NCBI GenBank assembly: GCA_023150835.1
Contig: JAKLKB010000001.1
Location: 124,001 to 181,133 of the forward strand
Source of the DNA: Myxococcota bacterium
GTDB taxonomy: Bacteria > Myxococcota_C > UBA6777
Direction: 5' to 3'
Length of the DNA: 57,133 nt
The notes under the pieces are model-generated. The model searched no databases. It had not been told where the DNA came from and saw only the letters and a list, made by a program, of their open reading frames with translations. Below, one piece after another: positions 31,250-41,035 of the stretch. Positions within the stretch are counted from its first letter, which is position 1. Each line of letters opens with the position of its first letter. A program made the position numbers and the translations under genes.

Positions 31250-33940
31250 GTGAATCCTCATTACCTTGAACGATTCTTTTCTCCCCGATCCATCGCCGTG
31301 ATCGGCGCAAGCGAACGCGAGGGTTCCGTCGGACGGCAGATCTTATCCAATCTGTTGCAAGCCCCCTTTCAAGGGGCGCTTTATCCTGTCAACCCACGAT
31401 ACAAACAAGTACTTGGCTTGCGTTGTGTCCCTGAACTCAAGGATATCGGTGCGCAAGTGGACTTGGTGATCGTGGTGACGCCCGCCAAGACCCTGCCAAG
31501 CTTGATACGCGCTTGTGGTGAACAGGAGATCCGCCACGCTTTGGTGATCTCCGCAGGCTTCAGCGAGACAGGCAGCGCTGGGCAACATCTCCAAACACAG
31601 ATGCTCGAAGAAGCCCGTCGTGTGGGAGTGCGCTTGATGGGGCCCAACTGCCTTGGGATGATGCGCCCGATCCTCGGCTTGAATGCCACCTTTAGCAAAG
31701 GCATCGCAAAGGTCGGTCATCAGGCGCTGATCTCGCAATCTGGTGCGCTGTGTACCTCGATCTTGGATTGGGCCGAAGAACGGGACGTTGGATTCTCAAC
31801 CGTTGTTTCGCTCGGTGACTTGGCCGATATCGGCTTTGGTGAAGTTCTTGAGTATGTGGCTTTGGATCCCGATACACATAGCATCTTGTTGTATATCGAA
31901 GGCGTGCGACATCCTCGGCGCTTTATGAGCGGTTTACGGATGGCTGCGCGTCTCAAACCTGTGATCGTGATCAAGGCAGGCCGTCATCAGCAAGGCGCAC
32001 AAGCCGCACGTTCTCACACGGGTTCGCTCGTCGGGATGGATGATGTCTTTGATGCCGCATTGGAACGGGCAGGCGCTGTGCGCGTCTTTAGTATCGATCA
32101 GCTTTTTTCTACCGCGCAGCTTTTGGCCAGCGGCCACCGCGTCAAAGGTGGGCGACTGGCGATCCTCACCAACGGCGGTGGTCCCGGTGTGATGGTCGCC
32201 GATCGCGCCGTCGATCTCGGTGTGGCGTTGGCGTCATTGTCCCCCGAAACCATGCAAAAGCTCGATGCTGTGCTTCCTGCGCATTGGTCCCACAACAACC
32301 CCGTCGATATCTTGGGCGATGCAGCCCCCGAAGCCTATCGCGCCGCTGTCTCCGCTTGTATCCAAGACGAACAAGTCGATGGCCTCTTGGCGATGCTCTC
32401 TCCACAAGCCATGACCGCCCCTTTGGAAGCCGCTCAGGCTGTCATCGATGCCGTTGCCGATCAGAAAAAGCCCGTCTTGACAAGCTGGATGGGCGGGGTC
32501 CAAGTCGCCGATGCCCGTGCGCTCTTTGCTTCCCACCACATCCCGCACTTTTCAAGTCCAGAGACCGCCGTCGAAGCCTTTTCCTTTTTGGCCCGTTATC
32601 ATCAAAACCAAGCCTCTCTTTTGCAAACGCCCGGGCCGCTCTCCGACGAACGCCCCCCCGATATCCAAGGCGCACGTCTGATCCTCGAAGGCGTCCTTGC
32701 TTCGGGGCGTACCCTGCTCAACCAACTGGAATCCAAAGCGCTGTTGCGTGCTTTTCACATCCCTACCGCCCATGCCATCGAAACCCACAGCGCCCACGAA
32801 GCCCTTGTCGCTGCCGAAACCCTCGGATTCCCCGTCGCCATGAAGATCCAGTCCAACGATATCTCCCACAAAACCGATGTGGGCGGCGTTCGACTCGGTA
32901 TCCGCGACGCCCCCCAAGTCCGCAGCGCTTACGGTGAGATGATCTCCGAAGTCCAAACGCGCCGACCCAACGCCACGATCGCAGGGGTACTTGTCGAAAA
33001 AATGATATCTTCCCCCACCAGCCGCGAAGTCATGGTCGGTGTCGTCCGCGATCAAGTCTTTGGACCCGCCATCAGCTTCGGTCTCGGCGGCGTCTACGTC
33101 GAAGTCTTGCGCGATCGCGCTATCGCTCTGCCCCCTCTCAACGCCTTTTTGATACAACGCATGATCCAACGCACCCGCGCTGCCAAACTCCTCGAACCTT
33201 TCCGCCACTTGCCCGCTGTCCACACCGCCGCTCTCGAAAATGTCCTCCTGCGCGTCTCCGAGATGGTCTGCGAACTCCCATGGATCGTCGAAATGGATAT
33301 CAACCCCCTGCTCGTTGATGACAACGGAGCCGTCGCTCTCGACGCTCGGATCGCCATCGAACACCTTTCTTCTGCATCCCGTCCCTACGCCCACATGGCC
33401 CTCCATCCTTATCCCGCTCACCTCGTCTCCCAATGGCAACTCTCCGATGGTACCGATGTGACGATCCGACCCATCCGCCCCGAAGATGCCCTGATCGAAC
33501 TGGAATTCGTGCGCGGCCTCTCTCCCGCCTCCCGCTATTTCCGCTTCATGCACGCACTCCAAGATCTCAGCACCCAAGAACTTGTGCGCTTTACGCAACT
33601 CGATTATGACCGTGAGATCGCCTTGATCGCGGTGATCGAATCCCCAAGCGGAAAACCCCTAGAGATCGCCGTCGCTCGTTATGCCACCCTTGCTGACGGC
33701 AAAAACTGCGAATTCGCTGTCGTTGTCGCCGACGCTTGGCAAGGAAAAGGTCTCGGTAGCCGCTTGATGCGCGAACTGATCCATGCCGCACGCCTTCGCG
33801 GTCTCTCCGAGATGTACGGCGATATCCTCTCCGAAAATCGCAGCATGATCGAACTCGTCCGATCCTTGGGCTTTTCCTGTCGCACTCACCCCGAAGATCC
33901 CACCCTCCAACGTGCAACACTTTCGCTGCTTGACGATTAA
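31250..33940 (+). CDS. Pat/YfiQ-type protein lysine acetyltransferase (acyl-CoA synthetase-like, ATP-grasp and GNAT domains)
   Basis: PRSIAVIGAS, GPNCLG, SQSGA, SHTG, TNGGG, HKTDVGGV, DINPL, IRPIRPED, WQGKGLG; GTG start after GGAGG. Confidence 0.93.
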   Translation: MNPHYLERFFSPRSIAVIGASEREGSVGRQILSNLLQAPFQGALYPVNPRYKQVLGLRCVPELKDIGAQVDLVIVVTPAKTLPSLIRACGEQEIRHALVISAGFSETGSAGQHLQTQMLEEARRVGVRLMGPNCLGMMRPILGLNATFSKGIAKVGHQALISQSGALCTSILDWAEERDVGFSTVVSLGDLADIGFGEVLEYVALDPDTHSILLYIEGVRHPRRFMSGLRMAARLKPVIVIKAGRHQQGAQAARSHTGSLVGMDDVFDAALERAGAVRVFSIDQLFSTAQLLASGHRVKGGRLAILTNGGGPGVMVADRAVDLGVALASLSPETMQKLDAVLPAHWSHNNPVDILGDAAPEAYRAAVSACIQDEQVDGLLAMLSPQAMTAPLEAAQAVIDAVADQKKPVLTSWMGGVQVADARALFASHHIPHFSSPETAVEAFSFLARYHQNQASLLQTPGPLSDERPPDIQGARLILEGVLASGRTLLNQLESKALLRAFHIPTAHAIETHSAHEALVAAETLGFPVAMKIQSNDISHKTDVGGVRLGIRDAPQVRSAYGEMISEVQTRRPNATIAGVLVEKMISSPTSREVMVGVVRDQVFGPAISFGLGGVYVEVLRDRAIALPPLNAFLIQRMIQRTRAAKLLEPFRHLPAVHTAALENVLLRVSEMVCELPWIVEMDINPLLVDDNGAVALDARIAIEHLSSASRPYAHMALHPYPAHLVSQWQLSDGTDVTIRPIRPEDALIELEFVRGLSPASRYFRFMHALQDLSTQELVRFTQLDYDREIALIAVIESPSGKPLEIAVARYATLADGKNCEFAVVVADAWQGKGLGSRLMRELIHAARLRGLSEMYGDILSENRSMIELVRSLGFSCRTHPEDPTLQRATLSLLDD

Positions 33941-33989
33941 CCCCACCAAAGAAGAGTCCACGGAAAACACAGAAGGCACGGAAAACACG

Positions 33990-34178
33990 GTCGAAGGGGT
34001 CGAAGAGGTCGAAGAGGTCGAAGAGGCCGAAGAGGTCGAAGAGGTCGAAGAGGTCGAAGAGGTCGAAGAGGTCGAAGAGGCCGAAGAGGTCGAAGAGGTC
34101 GAAGAGGTCGAAGAGGCCGAAGGGGTCGAAGAGGTCGAAGAGGTCGAAGAGGTCGAAGAGGTCGAAGAGGTCGAAGAG
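33990..34178. repeat. 21 x 9-bp minisatellite (G(T/C)CGAAGAG)
   Basis: Direct reading; 21 units counted from the (VEE)n translation. Confidence 0.97.
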
Positions 34179-34203
34179 GTAGGCACGCAAAGGAGTATCG
34201 GAG

Positions 34204-35538
34204 ATGTGGGGATGGATGGCTATGCAAGATCCGTTGGCGCAGCAGCGGGAGTTTTTGCCGGTGATGCGATCGATCTTTGAGTACTTTGGGGTGGGAGGGC
34301 TGTCGCGGTTTTTGTTGCAGTTGTTGACGTTGGTGTTTGCGCTGTTGATGGCGTGGTTGGTCGATCTGTTTTCGCGGCGTTGGTTGGTGCGAGGGATTCA
34401 TGCTGTGGTCAAACGCACCGAGACCAAGTGGGATGATGCGTTGATGGAGCATCACGTCTTTGAGCGGCTATCGCATCTTGCGCCAGCGTTGGTGCTTTGG
34501 GGGGCCTCTCAAGTGATCTTTCCTTCGGGAACATGGGGAAGATCGCTGCTTCAACATGTGGCGGTGTCGATCATTATTCTCGTGGTGGTGTGGGCGCTCG
34601 AAGGGGCGGTCGATGCGTTTTTGGGGATCTTTCGGGCGATGGAAGGGATGCGCTACAAGCCGCTCGAAAGCTATGGGCAAGTGATCAAGCTGTTGTTGGG
34701 GACTGTGGCCGCCGTGTTGATCGTGGCGGAGTTTTTGGAGCGTTCGCCTTGGGCCTTGCTTGGGGGGTTGGGAGCGTTTACAGCGGTGCTGATCTTGGTG
34801 TTTCGCGATAGCATCCTCGGCTTTGTGGCAAGCGTGCAGATCAGCACGCTCGATCTGGTCCGAGAAGGCGATTGGATCGAGATGCCCAAGTACGAAGCCG
34901 ACGGCAGTGTGATCCGCTTTTCCTTGACCACCGTTCACGTCCAAAACTGGGACAAGACCATCACCACCATCCCCACGTATGCCCTTACTGCCGAGTCTTT
35001 CAAAAACTGGCGCGGGATGTTTGACTCGGGGGTCCGCCGTATCAAACGCGCCGTATCGATCGATATCAACAGCATCCGTTTTCTCGATGAGGCGCTGCTT
35101 GCAGATCTTCAAAAGATCCAACTCTTGCAGCCTTACCTCGACAAACGCCTTGCCGAGATCAGCCGTTGGAATGCCGAACATCACATCGAATCAAACTCGC
35201 CAGCCAATGGCCGACGCCTGACCAATGTCGGGACATTTCGCGCTTACCTCGAAGCCTACATGGAGCAACACCCCAAGATCGATACCCAGATGACCTTTTT
35301 GATCCGCCAAATGCCTCCCTCCGCAAATGGCCTTCCCATCGAGATCTATGTCTTTACCCGCGAGCAAAGCTGGGTTCCCTACGAGAAACTGATCGCCGAT
35401 ATCTTTGACCATCTTTTCGCCATCCTTCCGCTGTTCGATCTGCGCGCCTTTCAAGCCCCAAACGGAGCCGATGTTCGCGCTCTGCTCCATCCGCCTGCCC
35501 CTCCCGCTCCCCGCCTTCTTCTCGATGAAGATCTCTGA
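34204..35538 (+). CDS. Small-conductance mechanosensitive channel (MscS, YbdG/MscM-like)
   Basis: LGA..AVL.LVFRDSILGFVASVQ, GDWIEMP...ADG, VQNWDKTITTIPTY, RRIKR, GLPIEIYVF. Confidence 0.93.
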   Translation: MWGWMAMQDPLAQQREFLPVMRSIFEYFGVGGLSRFLLQLLTLVFALLMAWLVDLFSRRWLVRGIHAVVKRTETKWDDALMEHHVFERLSHLAPALVLWGASQVIFPSGTWGRSLLQHVAVSIIILVVVWALEGAVDAFLGIFRAMEGMRYKPLESYGQVIKLLLGTVAAVLIVAEFLERSPWALLGGLGAFTAVLILVFRDSILGFVASVQISTLDLVREGDWIEMPKYEADGSVIRFSLTTVHVQNWDKTITTIPTYALTAESFKNWRGMFDSGVRRIKRAVSIDINSIRFLDEALLADLQKIQLLQPYLDKRLAEISRWNAEHHIESNSPANGRRLTNVGTFRAYLEAYMEQHPKIDTQMTFLIRQMPPSANGLPIEIYVFTREQSWVPYEKLIADIFDHLFAILPLFDLRAFQAPNGADVRALLHPPAPPAPRLLLDEDL

Positions 35539-35581
35539 GTGAGCCTCCGCACGGGATAAATCTCGGCGGCTTCCTGGGTTA

Positions 35582-35672
35582 TACGATATCCGAGTGATGC
35601 ACACAGCCAAGGAGAATACGTAGACGCCCGATTACTGGGCATCCACAGGGGGCTAACACTCGGATACATCGT
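35582..35672 (+). mobile_element. Truncated, rearranged copy of the MITE-like element
   Basis: Left ~73 bp nearly identical to the copy at 35677, then an inverted left end (CACTCGGATAC). Confidence 0.7.
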
Positions 35673-35676
35673 GTCA

Positions 35677-35790
35677 TACGATATCCGAGTGATGCACACA
35701 GCAAAGGAGAATACGTAGACGCCCGATTACTGGGCATCCACAGGGGGCTGCCCCTACCTCTTTACGATAACGCAATGGGCGGCTCTCGTA
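35677..35790 (+). mobile_element. MITE-like element (~113 bp) with internal REP hairpin, copy 1
   Basis: Ends TACGATATCCG / CGGCTCTCGTA; internal GGGCA.CCACAGGGGGCTGCCCCTAC. Confidence 0.75.
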
Positions 35791-35808
35791 TCTGAGAGCA
35801 TCCGCCTT

Positions 35809-35861
35809 CTTCTCCTCCTCGCCTCTGCGACAGCAGGGAGAGGGGGGCGGGGGGTGAGGGT
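35809..35861. repeat. GC-rich REP-like element (GGGAGAGGGG...GGGGGTGAGGG type)
   Basis: CTCCTC...GGGAGAGGGGGGCGGGGGGTGAGGGT between convergent genes. Confidence 0.45.
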
Positions 35862-35897
35862 CACGCGAGATCTGCCCCTGTCATATACCCCCGTTGT

Positions 35898-36719
35898 TTA
35901 GGGGGTTATGGGCGTTGGGGTGGGAACAGAGGGAGACGTGTTGGGGGTTGCGAGGGTGAGCGTGCGTTGCAGGCCGCGCAAGGTTTGTGCGACGGCTTCC
36001 GCTTTTTTGGGGGTTCCCGCCGCAGTGTACGCAGCAGGAAGCATGACGCGCAGATACGACCAACCTTCTTCCAAAAGGCTTTCGAGGGCCAACAACTTCT
36101 TTTCGAGCAAGCTGGTGGAACTTTTGGGATCTTTGGCCGCCTTTTCGGTCTCTCCGATCAGGGTACCCAGCTCAATTACTTGATGGATCTTGGCCTCATC
36201 AAGATGGAGACGGGCGTCTGTGTGCATCTTTTGGATCGGTCCAAGAACCGACCACACCGTCAACAGCTTGGGACCCATCGTTCGAAAATCCCCGCCGAGA
36301 TCGTCGAAGCCCCGACCTTCGCGGATCTGATCGGCCTCCGTCGAAGAGATCAGACCGATCTTTTCCATCAGATCGAGGTTGTGCATCACTGCCGGGCGTA
36401 ATGAAAAGGCTTCTTGTCCCAAGGCGCTGCGCGGCGACACGGCTGTCGGTGTGCGGTCGTAGTCGCTCGACACGTACAGCCACGCACGCACCAACCAAGG
36501 CATCTCTTCTAGCCAAGAAGAAAGCGTGGCTTGTACGGACGGCGCGAACGCAGCCCGTATCGTATCCTTGTCTTGGTTGAAATCGTCCAGTCGTTTTTGG
36601 AGTGTGGGTGCCAATGTTTCGGCGTCGATGCCAAGACGTTTGGCAGGGAGCGTTTGGAGGGCATCCAGTCGTGGTTGAACGCGCTGGAGGGCTTCGAGAC
36701 CTGATTTTTTTGTATCCAT
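35898..36719 (-). CDS. Hypothetical alpha-helical protein
   Basis: 273-aa ORF, ATG after GGAG, natural composition, Pro/Thr tail; no motif recognised. Confidence 0.7.
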   Translation of the reverse strand: MDTKKSGLEALQRVQPRLDALQTLPAKRLGIDAETLAPTLQKRLDDFNQDKDTIRAAFAPSVQATLSSWLEEMPWLVRAWLYVSSDYDRTPTAVSPRSALGQEAFSLRPAVMHNLDLMEKIGLISSTEADQIREGRGFDDLGGDFRTMGPKLLTVWSVLGPIQKMHTDARLHLDEAKIHQVIELGTLIGETEKAAKDPKSSTSLLEKKLLALESLLEEGWSYLRVMLPAAYTAAGTPKKAEAVAQTLRGLQRTLTLATPNTSPSVPTPTPITP

Positions 36720-36983
36720 CGCATCTCCGATGACAAAGGGTGGTTTGCACAAGCCTTTGACCGTGTTCTCGCTGCTGCTTGTGCGCAAAGCAACGTTGGG
36801 TAGGTTGTCGGTGAAATCCTTTTCGATGGGGTGCTACAACTCGGAACGTTTAACAACAGTTTTTTTCTTTTGGCAAGGCTCTTTGATCCAGCCATACTTT
36901 TTTTAGAAAAAATCTTCTTTTTTTAAGACAGTGAAGTCGAATCAGAGAAAAAGTCTTTTGGTCGATCAACGCTCGGCTCGTCT

Positions 36984-37200
36984 GAGCAGAAAGGCGATGC
37001 GCAGGATCGATGGTCGAGGTGGGGTGAGCAGAAAGGCGATGCGCAGGATCGATGGTCGAGGTGGGGCGAGCAGAAAGGCGATGCGCAGGATCGATGATCG
37101 GGGTGGGGCGAGCAGAAAGGCGATGCGCAGGATCGATGGTCGAGGTGGGGCGAGCAGAAAGGCGATGTGCAGGATCGATGATCGAGGCGGGGCGAGCAGA
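36984..37200. repeat. Intergenic tandem repeat, 5 x 42 bp
   Basis: GAGCAGAAAGGCGATGCGCAGGATCGATG(G/A)TCG(A/G)GGTGGGG(T/C). Confidence 0.95.
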
Positions 37201-37403
37201 CCATCCAACGCAGTCCACAAACCCCATGACCATCGCGTGAGTCCGATCGCTGTTGGAAGCGCGAGGGGGATATCTTTTGGGAGAAGGTTGTGATAATTCT
37301 GGAGCGTACTCACACAAGGGAAGAAGGACGAGGACGGAAACAGCACAAGGTCGGTGGATGGGAAGCGCTGTCTTTGTGGTGCGCAAAGAGGGAGGAGCGG
37401 AAG

Positions 37404-37730
37404 ATGGAACAACCCGTTGGGAATGCTTGTATTACGCGGATATTGGGGCAGGTCAAGCAGCGATTGTTGGGATGCAGCTTTGATGGTGCGATGGATCCGT
37501 ATGCAGCCGAAGTGATCCGTGAGATCGAACAGTTGTTGCCTGTGTTGTTGCGATGCGAAGAAGTGCGGCGTGTGCGGACGTTGCTGGAACGAGAAGCGGT
37601 CTACTCGTTGCGGATCTTGTTTGCGCCGACGGGACCGTTGCAGGAGCTATCGCTGGATCATGGATGGGGAGATGCGCTGCTGCCGCTGTTGAAAGAGGCG
37701 GAGGCATGGGCTGATCAGATCGCGTTGTAG
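37404..37730 (+). CDS. Small hypothetical protein (LFAPTG.LQE.S...GW motif)
   Basis: GGAGGAG RBS; 108-aa ORF. Confidence 0.65.
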   Translation: MEQPVGNACITRILGQVKQRLLGCSFDGAMDPYAAEVIREIEQLLPVLLRCEEVRRVRTLLEREAVYSLRILFAPTGPLQELSLDHGWGDALLPLLKEAEAWADQIAL

Positions 37731-37740
37731 TCCTATCGTA

Positions 37741-38604
37741 TCAAAGGAGACGTTGTTTTTGGGTGGTGAGGTAGTCTTTCATACGGGTGGCGGGGGAGTG
37801 GAGGACTTTTTCGATATCGTGGGAGACGGCTTCGGCCCAACCATTGGCTTTGATCTGTTCGAGGTCGAGCATGTATTGGATCATCCATTCGGGGAGATGG
37901 TTGGCGCGCATGCCTCCTGCGAATTGTTCGGGAGCGAGGTTGATATAACGGATCTCACGACCAAGGATCTCGCTGAGGATACGGGCGACGTCGTGTTCGC
38001 TGAGTGCTTCAGGGCCTGTGAGGACGTAGGTTTGGCCCCTGTGGGCGGAAGGTTGCAAGAGGGCTGTGCAAGCGACCCGGGCGATATCAAAGGCGCTAAC
38101 ATAGGAGATCTTGCCGTTGCCAGCGGCTCCATAGAAGGCGTTATCGCGTTGGATACTTCCACCTGTGTAGTTGAGCACGTTGTCTTGGAAAAAGGTGGGG
38201 GCAAGGATCGTCCATGCGATACCGCTGTCTTTGAGCAAGGCATCGCATGTGCCGTGATAGCGGCCCGGCCCGATACCGTTGGGATCGGCTCCGACGACGG
38301 AAAGACGGACGATGTGTTGGATGCCGTTGCGTTTGGCCGCCTCAAGGGCGAGTTGGGTGTAGGGGACAGGATCTTCGACAAAAGGGGTGAGCAAAAACAG
38401 GGTGTGCGCGCCTTTCATGGCGCTATCGAGGGTGGCGGGCTGCTCGTAATCAAGGGCAACGACTTCGGCTCCGCGTGCTGCGATGTCGGCGGATTTTGCG
38501 GGGTTTCGGACGCCAACGCGCAGGTCTGCGTGCGCGTCAAGGAGTTGGTGAAGGACTTGGCTTCCGATGGTTCCTGTTGCACCTGTCAATAAGATCTTGC
38601 TCAT
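37741..38604 (-). CDS. NmrA-like/atypical SDR NAD(P)-binding oxidoreductase
   Basis: ILLTGATGTIGS Rossmann motif; SGI.WT.L.P.FF; DIA; Y.LTGPE. Confidence 0.9.
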   Translation of the reverse strand: MSKILLTGATGTIGSQVLHQLLDAHADLRVGVRNPAKSADIAARGAEVVALDYEQPATLDSAMKGAHTLFLLTPFVEDPVPYTQLALEAAKRNGIQHIVRLSVVGADPNGIGPGRYHGTCDALLKDSGIAWTILAPTFFQDNVLNYTGGSIQRDNAFYGAAGNGKISYVSAFDIARVACTALLQPSAHRGQTYVLTGPEALSEHDVARILSEILGREIRYINLAPEQFAGGMRANHLPEWMIQYMLDLEQIKANGWAEAVSHDIEKVLHSPATRMKDYLTTQKQRLL

Positions 38605-38798
38605 GGGTTTCCCTTTTTTTGGGTTGGGCCTGCCGACAAAGCGTCTGTTTGCGCAGGCGGTGGATCAGGCTGTTTGGCGATCTTGTTTCTTACTTGATGA
38701 TCTACACACAAACCATTATGATTTCAAATGATTCTTTTTTATCGCAACATAAGTAGAAATGATATTGAAATGCGAAGAGAACGCAAGGAGCGAGGGCG

Positions 38799-39743
38799 AT
38801 GGAGATAGATCTGGCGAAGATCGATCTGAATTTGTTGGTGGCGTTGGATGTGTTGTTGGAGGAGAGGAGCGTATCGAGGGCGGCGGGTCGGTTGTTTGTG
38901 ACGCAACCAGCGATGAGCCAGACGCTACGGCGTTTGCGAGGGTTGTTTGGAGATGCGCTGTTGGTGCGGGTGAAAGGGGGGATGGAGATGACGCCGCGAG
39001 CGTTGCACTTGCAAGGGCCGTTGCGATCGGCGCTTCGGCAGGTGCGGAGGGCGATCGAAGGGGAGGCTGCGTTTGTGCCGAAGGAGTCGAGGGTACACAT
39101 TCGGATCACGGCGTTGGATTATGTGATGTCGGCCTTGATACCGTCTTTTTTGCGTGTATTGCAACAAGAAGCACCGCAGGTCAATGTGACGGTGTTGTCG
39201 ATGAAGCCGCAGTATGCGCCGATGGCGTTGGAAGAAGGAGAGGTAGATTTGGCGTTGGGCGTGCTTCCGAGGCTGCCTTCGCACCTTGGATCGTGCTTGT
39301 TGTACACGGAAGAGTTTTTGAGCATGGTATCCGTCAAACACCCGCTGTTGGGGGGTGAGATCACGGTTGAGCGTTTTATTGGGTATCCGCACGTGTTGGT
39401 GAGCACGACGGGGGAAGGTGAAGGTGCGGTGGATCGGGCGTTACAGGAGCAAGGGAAGTCTCGTCGGGTGGGGGTGCGGATACCGTCTTTTTTGGCGGTT
39501 GCGCCCGTCTTGCAGGGGACAGAACTGGTTGCAACGATGCCTGCGCAAGTAGTGTTGCAGATGGCGCAGTATTATCCGCTGTTTGTGTTTCACCCACCGT
39601 TGGTCTTGCCGTCGTTTCGGGTGGAGATGGCGTGGCCGATGCGGTTGGCGGAAGCCCCAGAGCATCGTTGGGTGCGCCAACAGATCGTGTCGTTGGTGCG
39701 CGGGACGCTGTTATCGATGGATCCGAACCATCGGGGAGATTGA
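38799..39743 (+). CDS. LysR-family regulator (NodD/LeuO-like), divergent from the oxidoreductase
   Basis: DLNLLVALDVLLEERSVSRAA.RL.VTQPAMSQ.L.RLR..FGD.L. Confidence 0.95.
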   Translation: MEIDLAKIDLNLLVALDVLLEERSVSRAAGRLFVTQPAMSQTLRRLRGLFGDALLVRVKGGMEMTPRALHLQGPLRSALRQVRRAIEGEAAFVPKESRVHIRITALDYVMSALIPSFLRVLQQEAPQVNVTVLSMKPQYAPMALEEGEVDLALGVLPRLPSHLGSCLLYTEEFLSMVSVKHPLLGGEITVERFIGYPHVLVSTTGEGEGAVDRALQEQGKSRRVGVRIPSFLAVAPVLQGTELVATMPAQVVLQMAQYYPLFVFHPPLVLPSFRVEMAWPMRLAEAPEHRWVRQQIVSLVRGTLLSMDPNHRGD

Positions 39744-39952
39744 GCGGGGGAGAGCATCGAGCGGAGGGCAGACAGAAGTGTGTGGATGGCTTGGGGAGCG
39801 AAGGCGGCGGATGTCGCGGAAAATCTGCTTGCTTTGGTGGAGGATCTCCTTTAGCCTTGCGAAACAACGGGTCGATCGCGTTGTTGTGATGGGCCTTTTG
39901 TGTTTTTTCGTGATACCCCAAAACAAAGCCCCCTTACGGTTGGAGGTTCCCC

Positions 39953-40372
39953 ATGAATCTGAGTCGTGGTGCGCGTGGTGAAGCCGTTTCTGTGTTGCAA
40001 GAAGCCTTGGTGCGTGCAGGTTATGATATCGATGTGGATGGGATCTTTGGTGGTGGGACCGAAGCAGCGGTGTTTGATTTTCAAGAGAATGCGGGTTTGG
40101 TGGTGGATGGCATCGTGGGGCCGAATACATGGGCCGCTTTGGGGGTGAGCTGGGATGATGAACCCGCAGTGCGCTTGTTGGGTCTCGGTGCGCAAGGCGA
40201 CGATGTGGTGGATCTGCAAAATGCCCTTGTGCGCGCAGGGTACGACATCGATGTGGATGGGATCTTTGGTCAGGGGACTTTGCAAGCTGTGTGTGACTTC
40301 CAAAGCAATGCAGGTTTGACGGTGGATGGCATCGTCGGGCCGAATACATGGGCCGCCTTGGACGCCGTTTGA
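39953..40372 (+). CDS. Protein made only of two peptidoglycan-binding (PG_binding_1-type) domains
   Basis: 2 x G..G..V..LQ.AL...GY...VDG.FG..T..AV..FQ...GL.VDGIVGPNTW. Confidence 0.9.
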   Translation: MNLSRGARGEAVSVLQEALVRAGYDIDVDGIFGGGTEAAVFDFQENAGLVVDGIVGPNTWAALGVSWDDEPAVRLLGLGAQGDDVVDLQNALVRAGYDIDVDGIFGQGTLQAVCDFQSNAGLTVDGIVGPNTWAALDAV

Positions 40373-40427
40373 GCTTCGAGAGTCCTTGAGCCTCTGCGTA
40401 CCGAGCCTTGCGTGCTGCTTGCGTACA

Positions 40428-40590
40428 TCTGCCCACATCCATCCGCCTGTATCCGTTGCGTCTGCCCGCATCCATCCGCCCACATCCGTCTGCCTGTATC
40501 CGTTGCGTCTGCCCGCATCCATCCGCCCACATCCGTCTGCCCGCATCCATCCATCTGCCCGCATCCATCCATCTGCCCACATCCGTCCAT
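40428..40590. repeat. Compound tandem repeat of GCCC(A/G)CATCC(A/G)TC(C/T) units
   Basis: Direct reading; includes a duplicated GCCTGTATCCGTTGCGTCT block. Confidence 0.85.
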
Positions 40591-40614
40591 CGGGCTACGA
40601 CGCTTGCGTCATGT

Positions 40615-40689
40615 GATCTTGATCACGCAGATCGCGATCATGTGATCGTGATCAACGTGATCGTGATCACGCTGATCGGGGCGTGGATC
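40615..40689. repeat. Cluster of 10 GATC sites in 75 bp
   Basis: GATC at 40615, 40621, 40630, 40636, 40644, 40650, 40659, 40665, 40674, 40686. Confidence 0.9.
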
Positions 40690-41035
40690 ACAGGGCAACA
40701 CAGCGCGTATTTCAAAATTTGATTTTGACCGATAGCACTTGTTTATAACAAGGGGGGGCTGCGGAATCCCCCGAAGGAGCGTCGATTTGGAGATCGGGAA
40801 AGTGAACGAATGAATTTGTACAAAAGGCAATGCTTTTCAAGCATATAAAAGTTTTTTGTAGACATGCAAATTTTCGCTGTATTCTCCGCAATGATCTAAG
40901 CGCTTTGGCGCGGGCATAGAGAAAAGAAACGTCTAGGGTCCAAACTTGCGCTTTCCGTTATCGAGCCCACCCCAAGCACCGCTGGATCGTTTGTTGATTG
41001 AATTTTTTGCTTTGCGCGAAAGGACCCCCCCTGAA

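Noticed and set aside
33912-34280. Glu/Val-rich protein (VEE)n
   Set aside because: The frame is open only because the 9-bp repeat has no stops; it overlaps both neighbours and has no RBS
36984-37200. CRISPR array or coding repeat protein
   Set aside because: No spacers; ORFs across it on both strands are repeat-derived and lack credible starts
40600-40900. Replication origin (GATC cluster plus AT-rich tract)
   Set aside because: No convincing DnaA boxes (TTATCCACA) and no dnaA/gidA context
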